A program made the position numbers and the translations under genes. DNA of 32,000 nucleotides from Ostreococcus tauri. Taxonomy: Eukaryota. A model generated the notes under the pieces. It made no database searches. It had not been told where the DNA came from and worked only from the letters and a program-made list of their open reading frames with translations. Position 1 is the first letter of the stretch. Each line of letters starts with the position of its first letter. The stretch lies in NCBI GenBank assembly GCA_000214015.2, contig CAID01000003.2, forward strand, positions 318,999 to 350,998, in the 5' to 3' direction. Positions 17,226 through 24,178 of this stretch are shown in pieces.

Positions 17226-17903
17226 CTAGGACGACCCGATCTCGCTCGAGAGTTTATCTAAGATGCTCTGCACCCGGTGCTTCATCACGGGCTGGCCTCG
17301 TTTGTTCTTTTTGCGCATGAGATTCTTCTTGTTCTGTCGTTTGTCCCGCTGTTCCCTGAGCGTTTCGTCTCGCTTCGCCTTGGTCTCGAGGAAAGCCTTT
17401 CGATCGGCATCGCGCTGTTCACGCGCGGCTTGCTGCTTTTCGTAGACGCTCATCTTCATCTTCTTCTTCTTCTTCTCGCTACCTCCGCGCTGCTCCTCGG
17501 GCGCGTCGTCGTCGTCGTCTTCGTCGTCCGCATCGCGCATCGCCGCTCGCGCGTCGCCGTCCGTCCTTCCTCTCCCGCTCGGACCCGCTCCGACACCGAG
17601 CGTGGGATCATCGATCGCTGCCAATCGTCGTTCATACGCCTCCGGATCGAATCCCTCCTCTCGCTCAATCTTCGTCCCTAACTTTTTCTGCAACCGCTCG
17701 TACCGCGCCTTTCTCGCCGCGCCCTCCGCTCGATTCTGTTTAATCCTCTCCCGCTTATCGTACGTCGACTGTCTCGCCTTTATGAATCGCCCGATCGACA
17801 GCGCCTCTCGTCCGTTTCGCCGCATCTCCGTCCTGCGCAGCGCGTCCGGTCGCTTCCTCGATCGACCAAACTTTTCATTCTCCTCGTCTCGCGTCGCCGC
17901 CAT
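17226..17903 (-). CDS. Fyv7/TAP26 (CCDC59)-like rRNA-processing protein
   Basis: ORF 17226-18581, of which only the C-terminal 225 aa look real. Met MAATRDEENEKFG is the complement of 17901-17903. The C-terminal NKKNLMRKKNKRGQPVMKHRVQSILDKLS resembles yeast Fyv7 (...TQRTRTGQPLMGPKIEDLLDKIK, from memory). Acidic D-run and K-run are present. Confidence 0.65.
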   Translation of the reverse strand: MAATRDEENEKFGRSRKRPDALRRTEMRRNGREALSIGRFIKARQSTYDKRERIKQNRAEGAARKARYERLQKKLGTKIEREEGFDPEAYERRLAAIDDPTLGVGAGPSGRGRTDGDARAAMRDADDEDDDDDAPEEQRGGSEKKKKKMKMSVYEKQQAAREQRDADRKAFLETKAKRDETLREQRDKRQNKKNLMRKKNKRGQPVMKHRVQSILDKLSSEIGSS

Positions 17904-18183
17904 GGCCGTCGCCCGCGCCTCGCGCGTCGCCCTCGTCCGCGTCTCTCGGATGCCCCGCGATCGCGCGCCGCGCTCGAGGTCGACGCGCGCGGTGTTCGCA
18001 CGCGCGCGAACCGATCCCTCGTCCCGTCCTCGCGCGTCGCTTCCGCCCGCGAGCGCCGTCGCGCCGCGCGTCCACCTCTGTCGCGCTCGAGTCGACGACG
18101 CGTCGGTGGTCCCGCACACCGCGCCCGTCGTCGTCGTCGCCGTCGACGCGTCGCGCGTCCGAGCGCGCGCGTCGACGGTCGCG

Positions 18184-18921
18184 ATGGAGCTTCCGAGTGC
18201 GATCGCGGGCGCGATGGACCGAGCGCGCGAGGCGCGCGAGCGCGCGATCGACGCGACGACCGAGGCGTCGTCGAGGATGGATCGAGCGTCGAGCGACGCC
18301 GCGTTCGCGTTGGTCAAGGCGATGGAGACGGCGATGCGAGGAGTGAGCGATGTCGTGGACGACGCGCGGACGCGTGGCGAAGCGGTGGTGGAGAGAGCGA
18401 GGGAGAGCGAGGATGAGTTCTTTCGAAGCGCGAGTAAGCGGGTGGTGGATTTCGCGCGGGCGAACCCGGTCTCGGTGGGCGGGACGGTTGCGTGCGCGGT
18501 CGCTTTGGCGCTTCCGGCGCCGCGAGCGTTATTATGGCGGTCGACGATCGGGCGACTGCAGAGCGAAGAGGCTTTGTTCAATGCGTGCGTGCGAAGGAGC
18601 GAGAGGTTGACGCTCGAAGCGGAGGCGGCGAGCGCGGAGATTCAACGCCTGGCCGAGTCGGTGAGCGCGGCGGAGATCGAGATGAAGCGAGGGGCCTCGA
18701 ACCTGCGTGCGGCGGCGAGGGAACTTCGCGCAATCGAGTCCAAGACGTACGGGATGGATAGCAAGGCGTCGTCGCTTTTGAACGACCTGCGCGTGCTGCC
18801 GAGCGCCGAGGCGGCGGCGCTGCAAGAGCAGGTCGCCGGCACCACGGATACGGTTGCCGCCCATCGCTCCGCCGCTCTCAAAGTGTTGAAGAAAATCTTT
18901 AAGAGCGGGATCGAGGTGTGA
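18184..18921 (+). CDS. Hypothetical protein: helical N-region, one hydrophobic segment (VGGTVACAVALALPAP), C-terminal coiled coil
   Basis: The 3' part of ORF 17602-18921; the first plausible ATG is 18184 (MELPSAIAG). The upstream part is antisense to the Fyv7-like CDS and is Arg/Ser junk. No family recognised. Confidence 0.5.
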   Translation: MELPSAIAGAMDRAREARERAIDATTEASSRMDRASSDAAFALVKAMETAMRGVSDVVDDARTRGEAVVERARESEDEFFRSASKRVVDFARANPVSVGGTVACAVALALPAPRALLWRSTIGRLQSEEALFNACVRRSERLTLEAEAASAEIQRLAESVSAAEIEMKRGASNLRAAARELRAIESKTYGMDSKASSLLNDLRVLPSAEAAALQEQVAGTTDTVAAHRSAALKVLKKIFKSGIEV

Positions 18922-19293
18922 ATCGCTCGCTCCCCGTCGCGATTCCACGGATTCACCGCACGCAATACATAGCTTAGCAGCCGCTCGCGACATCACGCGT
19001 CGCGGTTCAAATTGACCGCTCTCGAGCCATCGCATCGTCGCCCTCGTCCCTCCTCGCCCGTCGCGCGCGCGCTCTCGACCGCGCCTCGTCCTTCGCATCG
19101 CGTTCGTTCATCGAGATCGCGTCGTCGTCGAACCTCCAATCCTCATGGGGGAATGCGAGGTCTTTCACTCGCTTTGGAGAAATGTAAAAAGATTTGTGCT
19201 CGACGCGCGCCCGTCGTCACGGTTCATGTACCGTTCGCGATCGAGCGGTCGTTCCACGACGGTTACGGGTGCGTGTCGAGGACGGACGTCACG

Positions 19294-19944
19294 ATGCGGT
19301 CGTCCGCGGTCGTCCCGTCTCGCACGGTCGCGGTCCCGCGCGCGCGCGCGCGCGCGGGAGCGTCCAGACGAGACGTTCTGAACGCCGGTCTCGCGGTCGT
19401 CGCGGTCAGTATCGAGAAAGAGGCGAGCGCGGGGACGTACAAGCGATCGTTCAGGGAGAGGTTCGAGACGAGCATCTCCTCGGCGACGCGCGATTACGAG
19501 TTCACGATGCCCGACGATTGGGCGGCGGACATCGTGTCGCTGAACGATGGTAAATTGTACGGCGTGGACACGCGATACAAGAGCGGTTCGGGGAACGGAC
19601 AGCTCGCGGTGAGCGTGCTGCCGTTCGTCGGCGCAGACTCGATAGAGCAAGCCGGGTCGGCGGAGGACGTACTCGGACGATTTGAAGAGCTCGTGGGGGC
19701 ATATTGGGAACAGAATGGATTTGGGGTTCCAGGACGAGCGGGTGCCGTGAAGGAGACGTCGTTGACGAAAAAACAAGGGGTTGCGTATTACAATTACGAG
19801 CTGGTGAACCCGCATAACTTGATATCGGCGTGCGTGGTCAACGGCGAGCTGTACATCATGGTCGCGTCGTGCGGAGCCCGTTCGTGGAAAACCGCCGAGA
19901 GCGATTTACGCTCAATCGTCGACTCGTTCACTGTGCCTCCGTAG
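19294..19944 (+). CDS. PsbP-domain protein (PPD/PPL type), thylakoid lumen, Tat signal
   Basis: ATG 19294 within ORF 19012-19944. MRSSAVVPSRTVAVPRARARAGASRRDVLNAGLAVVAVS shows the RR motif and h-region. PsbP-fold hallmarks: YEFTMPDDW, LAVSVLPF, GVAYYNYELV..HNLISACVVNGELYIMVASCGARSWKTAESDLRSIVDSFTV. Confidence 0.8.
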   Translation: MRSSAVVPSRTVAVPRARARAGASRRDVLNAGLAVVAVSIEKEASAGTYKRSFRERFETSISSATRDYEFTMPDDWAADIVSLNDGKLYGVDTRYKSGSGNGQLAVSVLPFVGADSIEQAGSAEDVLGRFEELVGAYWEQNGFGVPGRAGAVKETSLTKKQGVAYYNYELVNPHNLISACVVNGELYIMVASCGARSWKTAESDLRSIVDSFTVPP

Positions 19945-19977
19945 ATCGACGTGATGAGTGTATAAAGGTGTAATTGT

Positions 19978-22900
19978 TCACATCCATTTTTTTGGGAATC
20001 GTTGCTTTGCGGAGGAGATCTTTGTGAATCTGTGCTGTGTCAAATTCCGTTCCGGGTCGTATGTTGAGACTCGGTGCTCGAACGTTGATGCGTGTCGTTG
20101 TTCTGGAGGTGGTGGCATCCGATAAGACTCCAGCATCTCAGGGAATTCGTTCATCGATGGCTGACCTCTAACTGTGCGAGTCGCGGTACTATTGGACGGT
20201 CCACCACCACTGTTGCGCATTGGTACCCACAATTGACCGCCAATGTCAATCTTCGACGGATTTACGCGAGAAAACGGCCGCTCTGGCGACATGAGACTGC
20301 GCGGCGGTGCCGTCGGAGAGATGCGAAGGTCCATCGCAGGAGACGGAATGTGAATTTTGTGCTGAACCATCGAAGGGCGCCGACTCGGCGTCATGTAGAG
20401 CGACTCTAAACTTGAAGAACCAAATTCCATAGAGTCGTCCAACCGCTGCCTTTTGATCGGTGAGAGGAAGTCAGTGATCGGTCGAGAAGCGTGGCCTTCG
20501 TTCAGGCCTCGCGGTCGAGCGTGAGTCTGCGGTGAAAACACCGGCGAAGCAATCTCGGTGGGCTGAATCATTCTTCGCCCGTTCATCAGGACGCTCAACG
20601 GACAACCGATGTTTCCTTGACCTTCCAGATGCGCCATGACTTTCGGGGTGAACCCACCTGAGGTCTGAAGTCCGCTGCGGACAATGTCATCAGCCAAGAG
20701 AGTACATGCCGAAATTGGGTTGAGTAGCGGTAACATTTCGCATAACTCCAACTCTTCTGTCGATGGCTCGACTGGAACTGGTGCGGTAAATTCCGAAAGA
20801 TCCGTATTCTGTGGACAGAGTACGTCTATCACCGTCGGGAGAACCTCTTCTTCCACGCAAAATCTGCAATCGATGGAAATATTCAGACGCAGAGCATCCG
20901 AGCAGACGCGTCTGCAGAGTGACTGAGCGATGCGTAAAAAATCCAAGCCACCTTCAAAGATGATTGTTCCAGACAAAAACGAATCAGACAAAGCCACGAC
21001 AAGATCTTCCGTCAGTGAAAATAACTCGAGCTGAGTCGGCAATCCCTCGACAAAATATTCAGGCACGATGAGTATCACCGCGTGCACTTGATTTCCGATG
21101 GTGCAACACGCGTCGACATCAATAGCGAACGGTCTCAGGACGACTTCGCAACCGTGGTCGATCAGAATTCTCTCGACTTCGGCAAAAAGATGATCTCGAG
21201 CACCAACGATTTGTCGCGCCACATTAAGCACGACCATATGTCGCGGCACTCCATTGAACTCTCTTGGAGGTGACAGGTTGGGTTCCTCATCATAAACTGC
21301 GCTCGTGTCCCGGGCACTCTTGACACGTTCACGTGAGTGATTCAAGGCTGAAGAAGCCGGTTCAAGATACTCGTTTAACCAACGACTATCTTGCTTCACC
21401 GTGAGAGCGTGCACGAAACGATTTGCAGCATAACGACTTGAGCCCACTGTACGAATAAGCTCGAGAGCTTCAGCAGATGGAGCGTAGTAAACACAAGTGG
21501 AGAACAGTTCCAAGGGAAATGCCTCGTGATTGACGTGAGCTTCGAGCGCAATTAAGACGTCCGTTTCGGTTGCACTGATTCGTGCGGCGCGAGAAAATTC
21601 CTCGATGTCTTCATCTTGCAAGCTCGTAAACTCTTGCCTGCCATCAAACTGGCGCACGCGCATGTTCATACGGCTGATGAACTGCCTCACCGCAAGAATA
21701 CTCAGTGTATCGGGGAAAATAACAAGCATCTTACCCCCGCTCACAATCAATCGTGCGAGGTACGTTTTCAGCGCGCGTAATTTGGGGTGATCGTCAAACT
21801 CGCCGCGCGAGACGGAGACATCCTGACGTTCAATCAAGTTCTTGATATCTCCTAAGTCTTGATCATCCTTGGCTTCGTTTCGCATAAACGTGTGCGCCAT
21901 GTGAACACCGTAAACTTGAACCAGATTCGCCGCGGTTTGACAGCACAGTAAACTCTTCAGATGTCGAGTGATTGCTGGCGGTTCATGGGCAAATTGCATC
22001 ATAAACTGCGAAATCTTTGACGACTGCCCGAGCTGAAAAGTTGGAATCATTGCTTGAACATCCAAGGGTAAAATTTGCTTCGTATAAGCATACCGCTGAG
22101 CTAAAACTTGAATCAGATCAACTTGATATGAATCGAGTGTGATTTCAACCACATCGATCAAACACGTGTTGCTCGCGTGGTTGGCGTTTGGGAGTGATAT
22201 TGATTCACTAAGCGTTGGCAAACGCGGATCTGACGCTTTCGTCGTCTTCACTGGTTCATTTGCGCTTGAATGTGGCTGAGGTATGTCATCCCAAGTCCAA
22301 TCACCGTTTTCATCTTCGAATATAACCTCGTCTAACATCGCTGGGAGATCCTCTTGCGTTCTCGACTTCTCCAGCGATTCCATGAGGCTCGGAAATGGAA
22401 CCTTCCAATTCGACAGGGCAGGCGCTCGCTCCTTCACTTCTTCCACGCTCTTGATGACATCTCTAATGGCGCGTTCGGCCCGAAAAGTCGTATCATCTTC
22501 TTTATCAGTCTTCGGAACGGGCATTTGGTCCAGCACAAACTTTTTGCTCGGAACCTCGAGAAGCTTCTTCGTCAGGTTTTCCTTTGCGCGCAAGGCAAAA
22601 TCTTGATTGATCGGAGCTTCGACATTCACTGGCTTCGTCATAGACTTCAGAACCGACTTAACATCAGTTTCAACTGTACACGGATTCACGACTTCCATCA
22701 AAGTCGGTACGTTGACGTCTCGCACCGGAGGCGGATTGATTGTCGCAGTGCGCATCGCTTCCTCGAGTGGATCTATCGAGGGCAACGCCTTCGGTCCTCC
22801 AAGTAAGAGCTTCTTCAAATAATCCTTCCATGAGCTGTCTACCTTTAATTCGCCCTCCCATGGTAACATCTCCACTTTCTTGGCGAGAGTCATCGCGAAC

Positions 22901-23643
22901 GCGAGCGGAGTCTCGAGAAGACTCATCCCGTCAAGCGCGAATGACGTTTCGCGCAACCTCGGGAAAAGGCTCAAGAAATCCTTCATCTTCTCCGACGGCG
23001 TCTCTCGCGGCACTTCATCCGAACGATCGACGTCATATCGTTTCTGCAAATCATTCTCGACGCAATCGAGCGCGTTCAACGCGTCTTCATCGAGATCAAA
23101 TATCGTTTCTGACGCCGTCTCGAAGCTCGCCTGTCGAATCGCCGATCGAATACGCGTCCTCGTCTCGTCCTCGTCCTCGATCACCGGCACCTCCATCGCG
23201 CGCATCCTCGGTTTTTGAACGTTCGACGTTTCAATTTCCATCAACCTCTCCCTCGCCCCGCCGTCGTCTTCGACGCGAATCTTCATCGGCTTGACCGTTC
23301 CGTACGCCGCGTCTCCCGCGTCTCGTCTCGCGCGCGCCTCCTCCGTCCACCCCATCGTCTCCTCGCATCGCACCACGGGCACCGCCTCTATGATATCCCG
23401 CGCCGTCATCCCTCCATCCTCCGACCGTCGTCTCCCTCCCGTCATCCCATCGTCAAACGTCACCGAATCCTCCTCGCTCTCGCCCACGTCCCATCCCCCC
23501 TCGCTCGTCGTCGTCAACCCATCGCTCACTCGTCTTTGCGCATCCTCCGTCAACGTCTCCGTCGCACGCTCCACCGCGCGCGCACCGAGATGTCGCATCG
23601 CATCCCGTCGCACGTCTTCCGTTCGCACGGAGACGTACCGCAT
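19978..23643 (-). CDS. Large protein (about 1220 aa) with helicase-like, non-catalytic XPF/ERCC4-like and HhH-like C-terminal architecture; tentative SHOC1/ZIP2-like
   Basis: This is the 3' three-quarters of the 1608-codon ORF 19978-24804. The candidate Met MRYVSVRTED is the complement of 23641-23643, and the start is uncertain. Notable segments: HPKLRALKTYLARLIVSGGKMLVIFPDTLSILAVRQFI (helicase-C-like); HMVVLNVARQIV...ILIDHGCEVVLRPFAIDVDACCTIGNQVHAVILIVPEYF (ERCC4-like without ERK catalytic residues); LELCEMLPLLNPISACTLLAD (HhH-like). The coding call is solid; the family call is from memory of the architecture only. Confidence 0.6.
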   Translation of the reverse strand: MRYVSVRTEDVRRDAMRHLGARAVERATETLTEDAQRRVSDGLTTTSEGGWDVGESEEDSVTFDDGMTGGRRRSEDGGMTARDIIEAVPVVRCEETMGWTEEARARRDAGDAAYGTVKPMKIRVEDDGGARERLMEIETSNVQKPRMRAMEVPVIEDEDETRTRIRSAIRQASFETASETIFDLDEDALNALDCVENDLQKRYDVDRSDEVPRETPSEKMKDFLSLFPRLRETSFALDGMSLLETPLAFAMTLAKKVEMLPWEGELKVDSSWKDYLKKLLLGGPKALPSIDPLEEAMRTATINPPPVRDVNVPTLMEVVNPCTVETDVKSVLKSMTKPVNVEAPINQDFALRAKENLTKKLLEVPSKKFVLDQMPVPKTDKEDDTTFRAERAIRDVIKSVEEVKERAPALSNWKVPFPSLMESLEKSRTQEDLPAMLDEVIFEDENGDWTWDDIPQPHSSANEPVKTTKASDPRLPTLSESISLPNANHASNTCLIDVVEITLDSYQVDLIQVLAQRYAYTKQILPLDVQAMIPTFQLGQSSKISQFMMQFAHEPPAITRHLKSLLCCQTAANLVQVYGVHMAHTFMRNEAKDDQDLGDIKNLIERQDVSVSRGEFDDHPKLRALKTYLARLIVSGGKMLVIFPDTLSILAVRQFISRMNMRVRQFDGRQEFTSLQDEDIEEFSRAARISATETDVLIALEAHVNHEAFPLELFSTCVYYAPSAEALELIRTVGSSRYAANRFVHALTVKQDSRWLNEYLEPASSALNHSRERVKSARDTSAVYDEEPNLSPPREFNGVPRHMVVLNVARQIVGARDHLFAEVERILIDHGCEVVLRPFAIDVDACCTIGNQVHAVILIVPEYFVEGLPTQLELFSLTEDLVVALSDSFLSGTIIFEGGLDFLRIAQSLCRRVCSDALRLNISIDCRFCVEEEVLPTVIDVLCPQNTDLSEFTAPVPVEPSTEELELCEMLPLLNPISACTLLADDIVRSGLQTSGGFTPKVMAHLEGQGNIGCPLSVLMNGRRMIQPTEIASPVFSPQTHARPRGLNEGHASRPITDFLSPIKRQRLDDSMEFGSSSLESLYMTPSRRPSMVQHKIHIPSPAMDLRISPTAPPRSLMSPERPFSRVNPSKIDIGGQLWVPMRNSGGGPSNSTATRTVRGQPSMNEFPEMLESYRMPPPPEQRHASTFEHRVSTYDPERNLTQHRFTKISSAKQRFPKKWM

Positions 23644-23721
23644 CGCCGCGCCCGTCGTCGTCGCGTCGTCCTCCGCCGATCCGTCGCGCCGATTCGTCTC
23701 TCGCGCTCCCAGACCGCGCTT

Positions 23722-24052
23722 TGATCGCGATCGATCGATCGATTCGATTCGATCGCGATCGACGGAATCGATGGAATCGATCCCATCCCATTCCATCGAT
23801 CGCATCGATCGATCGATCCCATCGCTTCGATCCCATCGATCGATCGCGTCGAGTCCATCGATCGATCCCATCGAGTCCATCGATCCCATCGCTTCGATCG
23901 CTTCGATCCCATCGATCGATCCCATCGATCCCATCGATCGATCCCATCGATCCCATCGATCGATCCCATCGATCCCATCGATCGCATCGATCGCATCGAT
24001 CGATCCCATCGATCCCATCGATCCCATCGCCTCCGATCGTGATCGTCCCCAT
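23722..24052. repeat. Degenerate tandem repeat built from CCCATCGAT (9 bp) / CCCATCGATCGAT (13 bp) units with CGCATCGAT, GCTTCGAT and GAGTCCATCGAT variants
   Basis: Read directly, e.g. 23901-24030 atcgcttcgatcccatcgatcgatcccatcgatcccatcgatcgatcccatcgatcccatcgatcgatccc.... It lies between the divergent starts at 23643 (minus) and 24179 (plus). No stop codon occurs in any of the six frames. Confidence 0.9.
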
Positions 24053-24178
24053 CGACGCCGGGGTCGTCGCCGTCGGTGCGCATGCCGTGTGGGCGAACAG
24101 TCCGAGTGTGCGCCCGCGACGTCGAGGTCCACCGCGCCGGCGGCCGACGTCACATCGACGACGACGCGGTGCGACGAC

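Noticed and set aside
19002-19019. tRNA T-arm-like sequence GCGGT-TCAAATTG-ACCGC
   Set aside because: The loop is 8 nt instead of 7. No matching acceptor, D or anticodon arms could be folded from the flanks.
23722-24052. Possible CRISPR-like or satellite array
   Set aside because: The units are 9-13 bp and directly abutting, with no unique spacers, and the context is eukaryotic. It is a mini/microsatellite and not a CRISPR array.
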